DNA of 64,000 nucleotides from an uncultured cyanobacterium (lineage in GTDB: Bacteria > Cyanobacteriota > Cyanobacteriia > Phormidesmidales > Phormidesmidaceae): contig CAWBZI010000001.1 in assembly GCA_963793265.1 (NCBI GenBank), positions 1,728,001 to 1,792,000 of the forward strand, written 5' to 3'. Made by a program: the position numbers and the translations under genes. This document shows, in pieces, positions 1 to 10,753 of the stretch; within the stretch, counting starts at the first letter, position 1, and every line of letters starts with the position of its first letter. The notes beneath the pieces were generated by a model that worked only from the letters and a program-made list of their open reading frames with translations, did no database searches and was not told the origin of the DNA.

Positions 1-591
1 ACGTGCGCCAGCAGCGACTAGCTCACGAGGGCGCTCAGGCAAAGTTAGCGCCTCTTGGTCAATTACAAAGGTATCAGGAATGAACTCGCGGCGAGCCAGG
101 ATAATTGCGCCCACTAAAGCAATGAGTAGAAGCACAGAGGCCAGCTCAAACGGCAGTAGATAATCGCTAAAGAAGTGCTGACCAATCACCTCAATCGCAT
201 TTTCACCCGCAGCCGGTGCGGTAGAAATAGCCCAAGGATGAGACAGCACCATCGTGCTAATCAGTCCGAAGATACCTGCACAGACAGCGCCCGTTGCAGC
301 TTTACCGATCCATGCGTTCTCGATATCAGCGAAGTTCTCTTCTTTATTCACCAGCATAATCCCGAACAGAATCAGCACGTTGACTGCACCAACATAGACC
401 AGCACTTGCGCAGCGGCTACAAAGCCTGCGTTAAGCAAAATGTAGAGGCCGGAAACGCTGATGAAGGTCAGCGCGAGTAAAAAAGCTGAGTAAACAATAT
501 TAGATAGCAGCACGACCCCAAGGGCTGAGGCAATCATCATCAGGCCCAATATGGCCAATGATACGAGCTGTACGCCTTCTGCCAGATTCAA
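1..591 (-). CDS. ndhG: NAD(P)H-quinone oxidoreductase subunit 6 (NdhG/NuoJ), 3' end outside window
   Basis: Manual translation from TTG at 591 (GAGGAG upstream): MNLAEGVQLVSL...HFFSDYLLPFELASVLLLIALVGAIILARRE; follows ndhA-ndhI as in the cyanobacterial ndhAIGE operon. Confidence 0.93.
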   Translation of the reverse strand, partial: MNLAEGVQLVSLAILGLMMIASALGVVLLSNIVYSAFLLALTFISVSGLYILLNAGFVAAAQVLVYVGAVNVLILFGIMLVNKEENFADIENAWIGKAATGAVCAGIFGLISTMVLSHPWAISTAPAAGENAIEVIGQHFFSDYLLPFELASVLLLIALVGAIILARREFIPDTFVIDQEALTLPERPRELVAAGAR

Positions 592-665
592 AGTATTAAT
601 CTCCTCACGGGTTGGTTACGGGTTGGTTTGAGCGATAGACCGACGAACAGACCTAACAAAAAGCC

Positions 666-1298
666 TTATTCAGCTTTTTCAGCTGGAGCCTTTTTAGCTT
701 CTTCCTTAGCTTTCTCAGCTTCTAGCTCAGCTAGGATATCTTGAGGCAACCGCCCTGCACGCTGCGAACCTGGGGGTAAATCGTGTGGATCCATTACGCC
801 TTTAGGCAAGTAAGCAAACTCTCGCATCGGCGTCACCATCGGATCGTTAGTGACCTTATAAGGCAAGCGGCCTAAAGCTACGTTGTCGTAGTTCAAATTA
901 TGGCGGTCATAGGCAGAAAGCTCATATTCCTCAGTCATCGACAGGCAGTTAGTGGGGCAGTATTCTACGCAGTTGCCGCAGAAGATACAAACGCCGAAGT
1001 CGATGCTGTAGTGGTTGAGATTCTTTTTCTTGGTTTCCCGGTTGAACTCCCAGTCCACAACCGGCAGGTTAATCGGGCAGACTCTGACGCATACTTCGCA
1101 GGCGATGCACTTGTCAAACTCAAAGTGAATGCGGCCCCGGTAGCGTTCAGAGGGAATAACCTTTTCGTAGGGGTACTGCACCGTAACCGGGCGGCGCTTC
1201 ATGTGATCAAAGGTGACCGAAAGGCCCTGACCAATAAATTTCGCTGCTTGGGCTGTTTCCTTGGCGTAGTCACCGACTTGTTTTAGAAAGTTCAACAT
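666..1298 (-). CDS. ndhI: NAD(P)H-quinone oxidoreductase subunit I
   Basis: Two 4Fe-4S motifs ([24 protein letters not shown]); VTVQYPYEK. Confidence 0.97.
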   Translation of the reverse strand: MLNFLKQVGDYAKETAQAAKFIGQGLSVTFDHMKRRPVTVQYPYEKVIPSERYRGRIHFEFDKCIACEVCVRVCPINLPVVDWEFNRETKKKNLNHYSIDFGVCIFCGNCVEYCPTNCLSMTEEYELSAYDRHNLNYDNVALGRLPYKVTNDPMVTPMREFAYLPKGVMDPHDLPPGSQRAGRLPQDILAELEAEKAKEEAKKAPAEKAE

Positions 1299-1361
1299 GG
1301 CGCTTGCTTAGAAGGGTGTTCGTTGTAAGAGAAGACGTTTAGGCTGGTAAGCCAACTAGAC

Positions 1362-2480
1362 CTAGCCACCGAAGGCAAAGGGAAACGTGAGCTTAAGACC
1401 AGCAGTTACCAGAAGATTGACTAAGGAGATAGGCAGTAGGAATTTCCAACCTAAATCAAGCAGTTGGTCAATGCGAACGCGGGGCACTGTCCAGCGCAGC
1501 AAGATAGTTAAAAAGACGAGCAGGTAAGCTTTGATCATCGTCATAACGATACCGAGAGAGGCGGCGATGATTTGTACCCAGGGTGCATTTTCGCTAACGC
1601 CGAGTAGACCGGTAATGGTTTCTACAGGAACCGGAAAGCTCCAGCCGCCCAGGTAGAGTACCGATACAATCAGAGCCGAAAGCATCAGGTTTACATAAGA
1701 GCCTACGTAGAATAAACCAAACTTCATACCTGTGTATTCGGTTTGGTAGCCTGCTACTAGCTCTTCCTCTGCCTCGGGAAGGTCAAAGGGCAGACGCTCG
1801 CACTCTGCCAGCGCTGAGATCCAGAAGATTACGAAACCGACTGGCTGCCGCCAAACGTTCCAGCCCAAAATGCCATAGCCTGACTGCTGGTTAACGATGT
1901 CGATGGTGCTCAGGCCGTTTGTCATAAGAACGACTGCAAGCACGGCTAGAGCCAGCGGAATTTCGTAGCTAATGGCTTGCGCTGCAGCCCTGAGCCCACC
2001 TAGTAACGAGTACTTGTTGTTAGAGGCATAGCCTGCCATTAATAGCCCGATAGGGGTGATGCTTGAAAGAGAAATCCATAGAAAAATGCCGATGCCCAAG
2101 TCAGTAATGACTAGGTTTTGTCCGAACGGCACAATTAAAAAGGATAGAAAGACCGGAATGACGACAATGGCAGGGCCAATGGTAAATAGCCACGGGTCTG
2201 ACTTTGCCGGGGTGATGTCTGCTTTGAAGATGAGCTTCACGCCGTCAGCAACGGCCTGCAATGCGCCAATAGGGCCGATGAATTCGGGGCCGACGCGCTG
2301 CTGGGCTGAGGCAGAGATTTTGCGCTCTAGCCAAACGCAGATAAAAATACTGACGGTCGCCACGATGAGCATTAACAGCATCGGGAGAGGAAGCCAAACC
2401 GTTTTGGCTACGCCAGCGGGCAGGCCGAGTTTGGTGAGGGCTTGGACGACGGTTCCTTGGAGGTCAATGCCTGGGGTCAT
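1362..2480 (-). CDS. ndhA: NAD(P)H-quinone oxidoreductase subunit 1
   Basis: [47 protein letters not shown] motifs. Confidence 0.97.
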   Translation of the reverse strand: MTPGIDLQGTVVQALTKLGLPAGVAKTVWLPLPMLLMLIVATVSIFICVWLERKISASAQQRVGPEFIGPIGALQAVADGVKLIFKADITPAKSDPWLFTIGPAIVVIPVFLSFLIVPFGQNLVITDLGIGIFLWISLSSITPIGLLMAGYASNNKYSLLGGLRAAAQAISYEIPLALAVLAVVLMTNGLSTIDIVNQQSGYGILGWNVWRQPVGFVIFWISALAECERLPFDLPEAEEELVAGYQTEYTGMKFGLFYVGSYVNLMLSALIVSVLYLGGWSFPVPVETITGLLGVSENAPWVQIIAASLGIVMTMIKAYLLVFLTILLRWTVPRVRIDQLLDLGWKFLLPISLVNLLVTAGLKLTFPFAFGG

Positions 2481-2644
2481 GCTCTTTTATGAGGCGACTG
2501 AAGCGCGCAAGTAATTTCTCTAACAGATTCTAGCGCTTAATCAAGCGCTGTACGATCCTTCAAAGGTATGGCCTAGCAGAATACGCCTCTATTAACCCCT
2601 GATAATTTTCAATGGTTTCCCTAATTCAGACGAGGATTCCAATA

Positions 2645-2674
2645 AAAACCCCCTCGATATAAATACCGGGGGGG
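2645..2674 (-). terminator. Probable intrinsic terminator downstream of gltA
   Basis: CCCCC...GGGGG stem with an A run on + (U run on -). Confidence 0.45.
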
Positions 2675-2823
2675 CTGGAGTTCCTGAAAATCGTCACTGA
2701 AAGTATATTCCTGCGAGTTTTACGTATTGCCAAGGGGGGTAGCGCCCATCACCTCTGTAGGAATACCAATCACACTATTTTTTTGATAGGAATGAATCCT
2801 CCGTATTCGCACTGCTTCTGAAG

Positions 2824-3978
2824 CTACTTTTCCCAGAGCTGCTGTCTTTTTTCGAGGGGAACGTAGTGCTGTCCGTGAGGGCCTTCGTAAATTTGAGTAG
2901 GGCGAAAAATTCTGTTTTTGCCGATTTGCTCTTTCCAGTGGGCCAGCCAGCCAGCCACGCGGGCGATCGCAAAAATCGGCGTAAATAAATCAGTCGGAAT
3001 CCCCATCTTGCGATACACCAGCCCCGAATAAAAGTCCACATTTGGATAAACGCCCTTATGCCCAAGCTTTTCGGCCACTACCAGCTCTAGCTCCAAGGCA
3101 ATATCGTAGTAATCATCTCGGCCAACCTTATCGAATAGCTGCTCAGCGAGCCCCTGAAGAATCTGAGCCCGAGGATCTTTCACCTTGTACACGCGATGAC
3201 CGAAGCCCATAATCCTGGCGCGATCGGCAATCTTTTGGTCAACATAGGGCCGCACCTTTTCAATCGAACCAATCTCTTGCAGCATAGCAATTACCTCTTC
3301 GTTAGCGCCGCCGTGAAGGGGGCCTGCTAACGTGCCAACGGCTGAGGCAACGACCGCGTAAGGGTCAGTTAGCGTAGAGGCGGTCACCATCGCTGAAAAC
3401 GTAGAGGCGTTGATGGTGTGCTCAGCGTGGAGAATCAGGCAGACATCGAAGATGCGGGCGGCGAGCGGGTCGGGCTCCTGCTCGTTGAGCATGTAGAGAA
3501 AGTTAGCAGCGTAGCTCAAGTCGTCGCGGGGCTGAACAGGGTCGTTGCCTTTGCGCATCATTTTGAAGGCGGCGACCATGGTCGGAATTTTGGCGAGCAG
3601 GCGGACAACGGCGTTTTGAACGTAGGCCGGATCTTCGAGGGCGCGGCGGGAGTGAAAAAGGCCGAGGGCCGCCGCACAGGCTTGGAGCGCGTCCATGGGA
3701 TGACCGCTTTCAGGAAAGCATTTCATCATGTCGCGAATGCGGTACTTGAGACGGCGGTGGTACTGAACCTCGTGCTCAAAGTCTTCAAGCTGCTGCTGTG
3801 TGGGCAGGCCGCCCCAAATCAGCAGGTAGGCGGTTTCTAAAAAGCTGCTTTTTTGGGCAATGTCTTCGATCTTAATGCCGCGATATTCTAGGATGCCGCT
3901 TTGACCATCGACAAAGCTGATGCTCGACTGCGTGGCCGGAATGCCTTCTAAGCCTGGCCGATAGTCGCATGTCGTCAT
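2824..3978 (-). CDS. gltA: Citrate synthase
   Basis: LHAEHTINASTF, GPLHGGANE, MGFGHRVYK, YPNVDFYSG. Confidence 0.97.
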   Translation of the reverse strand: MTTCDYRPGLEGIPATQSSISFVDGQSGILEYRGIKIEDIAQKSSFLETAYLLIWGGLPTQQQLEDFEHEVQYHRRLKYRIRDMMKCFPESGHPMDALQACAAALGLFHSRRALEDPAYVQNAVVRLLAKIPTMVAAFKMMRKGNDPVQPRDDLSYAANFLYMLNEQEPDPLAARIFDVCLILHAEHTINASTFSAMVTASTLTDPYAVVASAVGTLAGPLHGGANEEVIAMLQEIGSIEKVRPYVDQKIADRARIMGFGHRVYKVKDPRAQILQGLAEQLFDKVGRDDYYDIALELELVVAEKLGHKGVYPNVDFYSGLVYRKMGIPTDLFTPIFAIARVAGWLAHWKEQIGKNRIFRPTQIYEGPHGQHYVPLEKRQQLWEK

Positions 3979-4054
3979 CTGTTTAGACTCCCTTTTTAGA
4001 TCAAATAATATTACTACCCTAAGGCAGATCGCGGTTATAGTTAGGTGCTGATCG

Positions 4055-4573
4055 CTACCGGAGCAGCAATCGCGGCGGTGCTAGCCAAAAAAGCTGGCTT
4101 TGGCCGATAGCCTGCTGTGCCTGAGGCAGACGTAGGCCAATAATGCCCGCTTTTTTGAGCGTCCAGTTGCTCTGAGGCTCGCCGCAGACTAAGTGTTGCG
4201 CCCATTCGCTGAGGTTGGGTTCGTGGCCGACTAAGGCAACGCTAGGGACGGCGGGTGGACTGGCGCTGGCAGATTGCCAACGACCGAGCCAGGTAAGCCA
4301 GTCGGATAGTTTGCCGTCGGGGCGTAGGGGTAAAAATTCTTCGACGTGCGAGGCTAGTCCAGCCTGGTTGAGAATGTCGGCAGTTTGCTGCGCGCGTACG
4401 AGCGGGCTAGTAAGCATTGTGTCGAACTGTAGGCCCAGATCGCCTAGTCGCTGGGCAATGCGTTTGGTTTTGGTGACGCCTTTTTCGGTGAGCTGTCGCT
4501 GCTCGTCGTCTTTGCCTGCCTCGCGAGCGATCGCTATGCCATGGCGAATAAAGTAAACCTCGGTAATTAGCAC
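4055..4573 (-). CDS. sixA: Phosphohistidine phosphatase SixA (start uncertain; GTG 4573 chosen)
   Basis: YFIRHG, TSPLVRAQQTA, LVGHEP histidine-phosphatase motifs. Confidence 0.88.
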   Translation of the reverse strand: MLITEVYFIRHGIAIAREAGKDDEQRQLTEKGVTKTKRIAQRLGDLGLQFDTMLTSPLVRAQQTADILNQAGLASHVEEFLPLRPDGKLSDWLTWLGRWQSASASPPAVPSVALVGHEPNLSEWAQHLVCGEPQSNWTLKKAGIIGLRLPQAQQAIGQSQLFWLAPPRLLLR

Positions 4574-4651
4574 GGTTAGTCTTCTGATGAGTAACGATTT
4601 AGAGCGTAGCCAAATTGGCCCTAAGAAAGATCTCAGGACTAACATTCATTT

Positions 4652-4696
4652 TGCCTGTGAGTGTCTTGAGGAGTGTCCTCAAGACACTCACAGGCA
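4652..4696. repeat. Perfect 21-bp inverted repeat with 3-nt loop
   Basis: TGCCTGTGAGTGTCTTGAGGA-GTG-TCCTCAAGACACTCACAGGCA. Confidence 0.9.
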
Positions 4697-4708
4697 GAGC
4701 GCGCCTCC

Positions 4709-5977
4709 TTAATCCGTATTCAGCACGCCGTTCTCTGGATTAACGAGTTTCTGAAGCTTTTGCTTAATTTGCTTGTCAAAAACTTCCCATTTTTGGCGGT
4801 TGTAATCGCTGTTTTCGTAGAATCCTGAGAGAAACCCGATCGGGATTTCAAAGCCGCCTGCCATTGAGCGACCGCCACCGAAAAAGCGACCCTGGCTATC
4901 TTGACCAAAGGCTTCTTTAATAAATTCGTCTGGGTCGAGCGTGATTTTGTTGGTTCGCAAAGAGCCGACGACTAGCTCTTTTTCTTCGTCCTCATCGTGC
5001 ACAATGCCGTAGACCACAGCCGTATGCACGTTTTCTTCTGTGATCAGAAAGTCGGCAGCTTGAGGAATAGCATCGCGATCTTCGTAGCGGAGGTAGCCCA
5101 CCCCGGCAATCGAAACGCTGTTTTGAGCCAAACGGTTGCGCAGTGATCGCTCAATGACATCCATCACCCGCCGCGACCGAGACGCCTGTAGCACCGCGCC
5201 CAAAAGCTGAGCATCGTAATACTGGCTGAGGTAAGCTGCTGCCATAAAGTCAGGTTCAGACGCCTGCATAAGCTGAATCGTATCTGAGCGTAGCCCGTGC
5301 ATGAGCGCGGTGGCACACTTGACATGATTGCTATTAGATCTGTCTAGCTTGATTAAGCCGTCTTTGAGATACCCGGCCATCATGGTTGCCGTCGCATGAA
5401 TATCGGGGCGAATGTCAATCAGCTCGGCGTCGAGCTTGCCCTGAGAGGCGTGGTGATCAATCACAAGTAGTAGCGGTAGATTGACAGCTTGAACTTTCTC
5501 CGTAAGGTGGCTGGTGGTACCCTGCGTATCAATCAGGATATAGCCCTGATATTGAGAAAGATCAGGCGTGTCTTTAGCCTGACTCGGCCAGCGTTTGGCT
5601 GGGAGATTGGTGAGTTTAACCAGGGCAATATTTTCTTGATGACTCAGCGTGCCAGAGTAGTAGATATCGCACTGAATGTTGTAGTCACTAGCAATCAAGC
5701 GGTATGCCCAGGCTGATGAGAGTGCATCTGGATCAGGGAAGTCTTGCAATAAAACAAGCTGCCGGGTGCCACTGTGCTTCTTGAGCAGCTTTTCTAAGGC
5801 GGCTGTTCTAGATTCTAAACCGGCTGAGCGCCTTAAGGCTTCGGCCTGCTTGCTTAAAGACTCTTCTTGCACAGACCCTTCTGCCAATGTGCTCTCTCCT
5901 AAGGCTTCTGTTCTCATGGCGGATTCTCCTGAGTCTCGACCGGATACGTCCTGATCGGATGGGTAATTGTCTAGCAA
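4709..5977 (-). CDS. DHH-family phosphoesterase (NrnA-like); true start may be downstream
   Basis: QDFPDPDALSSA, VIDHH, GLRSDT and FGGGR motifs. Confidence 0.85.
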   Translation of the reverse strand: MLDNYPSDQDVSGRDSGESAMRTEALGESTLAEGSVQEESLSKQAEALRRSAGLESRTAALEKLLKKHSGTRQLVLLQDFPDPDALSSAWAYRLIASDYNIQCDIYYSGTLSHQENIALVKLTNLPAKRWPSQAKDTPDLSQYQGYILIDTQGTTSHLTEKVQAVNLPLLLVIDHHASQGKLDAELIDIRPDIHATATMMAGYLKDGLIKLDRSNSNHVKCATALMHGLRSDTIQLMQASEPDFMAAAYLSQYYDAQLLGAVLQASRSRRVMDVIERSLRNRLAQNSVSIAGVGYLRYEDRDAIPQAADFLITEENVHTAVVYGIVHDEDEEKELVVGSLRTNKITLDPDEFIKEAFGQDSQGRFFGGGRSMAGGFEIPIGFLSGFYENSDYNRQKWEVFDKQIKQKLQKLVNPENGVLNTD

Positions 5978-6197
5978 TGTGCGCGGGGGTAGTGAGCAGT
6001 TTTGACATACCTCGAATATGCCAATCTATCAGGTTGCTTTAACGTCCGTATACCCTAGTTAAGTAGGGAATGTACGACTTGAAGCGATAGATGAATATGG
6101 ATGAATTAGGTCTTTTGGTAGAGATTGCTATTTTTTGGAGTAGGGTTTGACAGGCATGTGGCCGCTGTTTAGCTGTTTGTTTAGCTATCTAGCTGAG

Positions 6198-6698
6198 TTA
6201 ATTGAGGCCAATGACGTAGCGCCTCCACTCTTGATGAACGCCGCCGCGTACGTGTCTAGAAATTTCAAAGTACAGACTGCTGTGAGGCTTGCGTGGCGGG
6301 TTAGCCAGCGGCATATCGGCTTCTTTAGGGGTGCGATTGCCTTTGCGAACGTTGCATCGAACGCAGGCGCTGACGATGTTTTCCCAAGAGTCGCCGCCGC
6401 CGCGCGATCGCGGAATAACATGATCGAGCGTTAGCCGTTCGCCCGTGTAGCCGCAGTACTGGCAGGTATTTTCATCGCGGTGGAGCAGATTGCGCCGCGT
6501 TAGGGGAATTTCTTTGTAGGGGATGCGGACGTAGTGACGCAGCCGAATCACAGTCGGCATCGGAAAGTCTGGGTAGACGAGCTGTTCGCGCTGCTCTATC
6601 TGCTCTGCTTTGCCTTTAATGACCAGTACTACTGCTCGTCGCCAGCTTGTGATATTCAATGGCTCGTAGGAAGCATTCAGAACCAGGACTTTACTCAT
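6198..6698 (-). CDS. HNH endonuclease (McrA-like, stand-alone)
   Basis: VLVLNASYEPL, CQYCG, TLDHVIPRSRGG, CVRCNVRKG. Confidence 0.92.
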   Translation of the reverse strand: MSKVLVLNASYEPLNITSWRRAVVLVIKGKAEQIEQREQLVYPDFPMPTVIRLRHYVRIPYKEIPLTRRNLLHRDENTCQYCGYTGERLTLDHVIPRSRGGGDSWENIVSACVRCNVRKGNRTPKEADMPLANPPRKPHSSLYFEISRHVRGGVHQEWRRYVIGLN

Positions 6699-6839
6699 TA
6701 CCTACATCTCAATAGCCCAAATGTACTCGTTTACCGCTGACATGATTAATGTATTAGATACTAGCACATTCGTACTTTTGCGGGGGTTTGGGCACTGCTA
6801 CACTGAGTTGTTTTTAGTTTATTTTTTCCGTGACTTATC

Positions 6840-8180
6840 ATGCTTAGCTGGGATCAGACGCCTGCTCTTTCACCAATGCGCTGCTGCCGGGCTTGGGTAG
6901 AGATTAATCTGTCAGCGCTGGCAGACAATGTGCGATCGATCAAATCCCTCTTACCCCCCAACACTGACCTGATGACGGTGGTCAAAGCCGACGCCTACGG
7001 TCATGGGGCAGTAAGTGTCGCGCAGGTGGCCCTGACGTCGGGAGCAACCTGGCTGGGCGTGGCGACAGTGCCAGAGGGAATGGAGCTAAGACAGGCGGGG
7101 ATAGACGCGCCAATATTAGTGATGGGCGCGGTGAATGACGCCGAAGAAGTTGAGGCAATCGCCCGCTGGCAGCTTCAGCCCACAATCGTCAATCCTAAAC
7201 AGGCTTTAATTTTTTCAGAGACGCTAGCGACCCTTGCTACTACAAGATCCGAACTTTCTGTGACGGTACCAGCGCATCTCAAGCTAGATACTGGCATGTC
7301 TCGACTAGGCTTTAGCTGGCGGCAGGCAACGGAGCTAGCCAGATTTGTGCAGCAGCTTCCCTATTTAGAAACTGTCAGCGTATATTCTCACTTAGCGACC
7401 GCAGATAGTCCTGATCCAACCGTCATGAGGCTACAGCAGGAGCGGTTTAGGTGTGCGATCGCTGCGCTCAAAGACGCTGATTTGCTACCCGACCGCCTGC
7501 ACTTAGCCAACTCAGCCGCCACCTTGGCCGCCGTGCTTAGCTCGCTTGAGAGCGAAACGGTAGTAGATGAGACTGATTCGGATGGAACTGAGGCGATCAC
7601 ACCTAGTTCGGCCATGCATTACAACATGGTAAGGGTCGGGCTATGCACATATGGCCTATATCCTGCACCTCATCTACGGCCTGCTACGCACTTACGGCCT
7701 GTGCTAGAAGTCAAAGCTCGGATCACGCATGTAAAAAGCATTGAACCCGGAGACGGGGTGAGCTATAGCCATAAGTTTGTTGCCGATCGGCCCATGACGA
7801 TCGCGATTGTTGGCATCGGCTATGCTGACGGCGTGCCGCGAGTGCTTTCAAACCAAATGGAGGTTGTCGTACGTCAGCAGCGTGTCCGGCAAATTGGGGC
7901 GATCACGATGGATCAGCTCATGCTAGATGTGACTGATTTGGCGGGGGTGCAGGTGGGCGATGTGGTCACGCTGCTAGGCGAATCGGGCGAGCATACGCTG
8001 AGCGCAGATAACTGGGCAGCGATGGCGGGGACAATTTCCTGGGAGATTTTGTGCGGCTTTAAGCACCGTCTGCCGCGAATTCAGTCTGGGGGCGACTGTC
8101 GTAATAGCGAGCAAAGCAGCGAGCAGGGCGTTGAGAAAGCTGATTTTGCGATCGCCAAAGCCGAGCTTGCGGGCAGTTGA
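6840..8180 (+). CDS. alr: Alanine racemase
   Basis: VVKADAYGHG PLP-lysine motif, HLKLDTGMSRLG, GYADG, ITMDQ. Confidence 0.96.
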   Translation: MLSWDQTPALSPMRCCRAWVEINLSALADNVRSIKSLLPPNTDLMTVVKADAYGHGAVSVAQVALTSGATWLGVATVPEGMELRQAGIDAPILVMGAVNDAEEVEAIARWQLQPTIVNPKQALIFSETLATLATTRSELSVTVPAHLKLDTGMSRLGFSWRQATELARFVQQLPYLETVSVYSHLATADSPDPTVMRLQQERFRCAIAALKDADLLPDRLHLANSAATLAAVLSSLESETVVDETDSDGTEAITPSSAMHYNMVRVGLCTYGLYPAPHLRPATHLRPVLEVKARITHVKSIEPGDGVSYSHKFVADRPMTIAIVGIGYADGVPRVLSNQMEVVVRQQRVRQIGAITMDQLMLDVTDLAGVQVGDVVTLLGESGEHTLSADNWAAMAGTISWEILCGFKHRLPRIQSGGDCRNSEQSSEQGVEKADFAIAKAELAGS

Positions 8181-8266
8181 TTTAGACTGCTCAAAATGTT
8201 TTTAGAATATTAGATGAAATATGGCTAGAGCTTTCGCAGAGTTCTTGCTATTATGGTTGCTCACTT

Positions 8267-8355
8267 GGAGAAGTGGCTGAGCGGTTGAAAGCGGCTCCCT
8301 GCTAAGGAGTTATGGGGTGTAAACTTCATCGAGGGTTCGAATCCCTCCTTCTCCG
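8267..8355 (+). tRNA. tRNA-Ser(GCT)
   Basis: GGAGAAG/CTTCTCC acceptor stem, anticodon arm GCTCC-CT GCT AA-GGAGT, long variable arm, GGTTCGAATCC T-loop. Confidence 0.96.
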
Positions 8356-8409
8356 TTGGTTTTTGGAGCTTACAGGCTATCTGACACAGCAGATACCTGT
8401 AGCTAGGTT

Positions 8410-8949
8410 TTATAAATTACGAACGGCCCAAAGCAGTCGGGCAGGCGTTGCATTCGTATGCGCGAACGAAAACAAGTGCTGAAAGCGCAGGCGTCCTTCA
8501 AGATCTAATACAAATTGGGCCGGGAGCGGTGCACCGAGGGCCTGCCCTGTACCGTAGCGCTGAAAGCTTTGGCAGCTTGGATCTACCAATAAAGGCATCG
8601 GGATTGATAGGTCTTGCTGCACGATTTTGCTTTGGGCCATGGTGGTACTGGTGATCATGAGCAGCACCGCGCCAAGGCCGACGAACTGGTTGTGTGCTTC
8701 TATCAGCGAAAGGATATGCGGATAGCAAAAAGGGCAGTATTGCTTTTCTGTGAAGATGCGGGTGAAGGCAATGATGACTGGCTTGCCCTGGTAGTCGGAT
8801 AGCTGGTGAGGGGTGCCATCGACGCCGGGCAGGGTGAAGTTGGGGAGTTTTTCACCGAGCTGAAATTTGCAGCGGGCAGGGATAGGAAGGAAGTTGTTGA
8901 AAAATCGCTGGCTAATGAGGCCGCGAAAGTCGGTGGAGGTGAGCTGCAT
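8410..8949 (-). CDS. AhpC/TSA (redoxin) family protein
   Basis: PNFTLP..LSDY.GKPVIIAF, CPFC motif, PAQFVLD. Confidence 0.85.
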   Translation of the reverse strand: MQLTSTDFRGLISQRFFNNFLPIPARCKFQLGEKLPNFTLPGVDGTPHQLSDYQGKPVIIAFTRIFTEKQYCPFCYPHILSLIEAHNQFVGLGAVLLMITSTTMAQSKIVQQDLSIPMPLLVDPSCQSFQRYGTGQALGAPLPAQFVLDLEGRLRFQHLFSFAHTNATPARLLWAVRNL

Positions 8950-8981
8950 GGGTGCGCTGCGGGGTGGAGTGTGAGAAATGC

Positions 8982-9010
8982 AAAAGGGCACTCGTAAGGA
9001 GTGCCCTTTT
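8982..9010. terminator. Bidirectional intrinsic terminator after peroxiredoxin
   Basis: AAAAGGGCACTC-GTAAG-GAGTGCCCTTTT. Confidence 0.8.
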
Positions 9011-9035
9011 GAAAGCAATGACAAGCCTCTATCGA

Positions 9036-9641
9036 TTAAACAGTCGCGAAGAACTCTTTAGACTTGATTGGATCAGGATTCATCGTGGCGCTACCGGGCT
9101 GCCAGCCAGCAGGGCAGACTTCATCAGGGTGCGCCTGAACGTGCTGAATGGCCTGAAGCACGCGCAGCGTTTCTTCGACGCTGCGGCCAAACGAGAGATT
9201 GTTGATAGTAGCGTGCTGAATCACACCGTCTTTGTCGATGATGAAAAGACCGCGTAAAGCGACGCCTGCTTCAGGATCGAGCACGTTGTAGTCGGCGCTG
9301 ATTTCTTTTTTGATGTCAGAGACGAGCGGGTATTCAAGATCGCCGACGCCGCCGGATTTGCGATCGCTTTGAATCCAAGCAAGATGAGAAAACTCACTGT
9401 CTACAGAAACGCCAAGCACTTCGGTATTGATATCGCTGAAGCTGCTGTAGCCATCGCTGAAGGCGGTAATTTCAGTAGGGCAAACAAAGGTAAAGTCTAG
9501 TGGGTAAAAGAAAAGGACAACGTACTTGCCGCGATAGTCGGATAGCTTGATTATTTTGAATTCTTGATCGACAACGGCAGTCGCCGTAAAGTCAGGGGCG
9601 TTTTGACCTACTCTCAAACATCCTTGGTTCTGCTGGCTCAT
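9036..9641 (-). CDS. 2-Cys peroxiredoxin
   Basis: [15 protein letters not shown] and EVCPAGW. Confidence 0.97.
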   Translation of the reverse strand: MSQQNQGCLRVGQNAPDFTATAVVDQEFKIIKLSDYRGKYVVLFFYPLDFTFVCPTEITAFSDGYSSFSDINTEVLGVSVDSEFSHLAWIQSDRKSGGVGDLEYPLVSDIKKEISADYNVLDPEAGVALRGLFIIDKDGVIQHATINNLSFGRSVEETLRVLQAIQHVQAHPDEVCPAGWQPGSATMNPDPIKSKEFFATV

Positions 9642-9720
9642 GAACGCTCTCCTTATAATATTTTGGCTGCTCTCAGCACAAGGATATTAACATTAAGGCA
9701 GCCTCAATCTTATGTTCGTA

Positions 9721-10689
9721 TCACTTTTGCTGAATAGTCAGCCCTGGCAAACCCTCTAACCTTTCAGGTGGATCGAAGATGCCGTCTTTGGGCGTCATGA
9801 TTAAAAGAGACTGGGGAATGCATTTAATTTCTATAGGGGTGTCGCCAATCATTTCACCATCTAGCACAACTTTTTGGGTGGGGTCGGTTGAGATAGTGAC
9901 GGCTGAACAGCGGAAGTAGCCAACGTCTTGTCTTTTTGAGGAGCGCTTATTGAGGGCCGATTGGAAGAGATTATAAGAGGCCGCGATCGCACCTCCTGCA
10001 CCTTTAGGCGCAAAAATAGTCACATCTAGCAGTCCATCATAGGGCACTACATCTGAAGGCCCTTGCGCTAATACCGACGTTGCCGGGGCCGTATTAGCGA
10101 CCGTAACCCCGGAGGCTTCTACCGTGATAATTCGATCAGGTGTCTCTAGCACGACTTCAAAAGTGGATAGCTCCTGTACCTGCTGAAAGGCAGAGAGAAT
10201 ATAGGCGGCGCTGCCGATTTTATCTTTAAGCTGGCGGTTAGCCTCTGAAACCACATCGGCTTCGAGGCCAACACCTGCTAGCAGCAGTAGCGGCTGTTGG
10301 TTGCACATAGCCATGTCGATCTTGCGAGGGACGCCTGAGAGCACCGTGTTACAGGCCGTGAGGATATCATCAGAGATGCCAAATGCAGAGGCGATCGCAT
10401 TGGCTGTCCCTCTTGGAATGATCCCCAAGGCAACATCAGTTTTCATTAGCGCCCCTGCAACTGCCGAGACGGTACCGTCGCCGCCAGAGGCGATTACGCA
10501 GTCTGCGCCTTGAGCGATCGCATCTTCTGCTAGCGCTGTATCGGAGCCATCTGCGGTCGTTTCTATCACCGTGAGCTTAGTGTGATCTTCAATAATGCGC
10601 TTAATCAACGCCAGTTCATCCACCGGGTTTCCTTGGCCCGATGCCGGGTTAAAAATCAGGTAGATGTTTTGGAAGGTTGATTCGTTCAT
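9721..10689 (-). CDS. YegS/BmrU family lipid (diacylglycerol) kinase
   Basis: IFNPASG, SGGDGT, PRGTANA, LDGE. Confidence 0.92.
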   Translation of the reverse strand: MNESTFQNIYLIFNPASGQGNPVDELALIKRIIEDHTKLTVIETTADGSDTALAEDAIAQGADCVIASGGDGTVSAVAGALMKTDVALGIIPRGTANAIASAFGISDDILTACNTVLSGVPRKIDMAMCNQQPLLLLAGVGLEADVVSEANRQLKDKIGSAAYILSAFQQVQELSTFEVVLETPDRIITVEASGVTVANTAPATSVLAQGPSDVVPYDGLLDVTIFAPKGAGGAIAASYNLFQSALNKRSSKRQDVGYFRCSAVTISTDPTQKVVLDGEMIGDTPIEIKCIPQSLLIMTPKDGIFDPPERLEGLPGLTIQQK

Positions 10690-10753
10690 GGAGACGATGC
10701 TGCCGCAAGCAGCATTAAATAGAGAATCTTATCCCCTTTTTAACCTTCAACTG

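Noticed and set aside
175..480. Plus-strand 101-aa ORF and similar short overlapping ORFs in the track
   Set aside because: Antisense or out-of-frame shadows of well-supported genes (here ndhG)
6198..6698. HNH gene as a defence or mobile element
   Set aside because: Typical stand-alone conserved HNH in housekeeping context; no methylase, intron or IS ends
8267..8355. tRNA-anchored integrative island
   Set aside because: No integrase and no duplicated tRNA 3' end seen for either tRNA in the window
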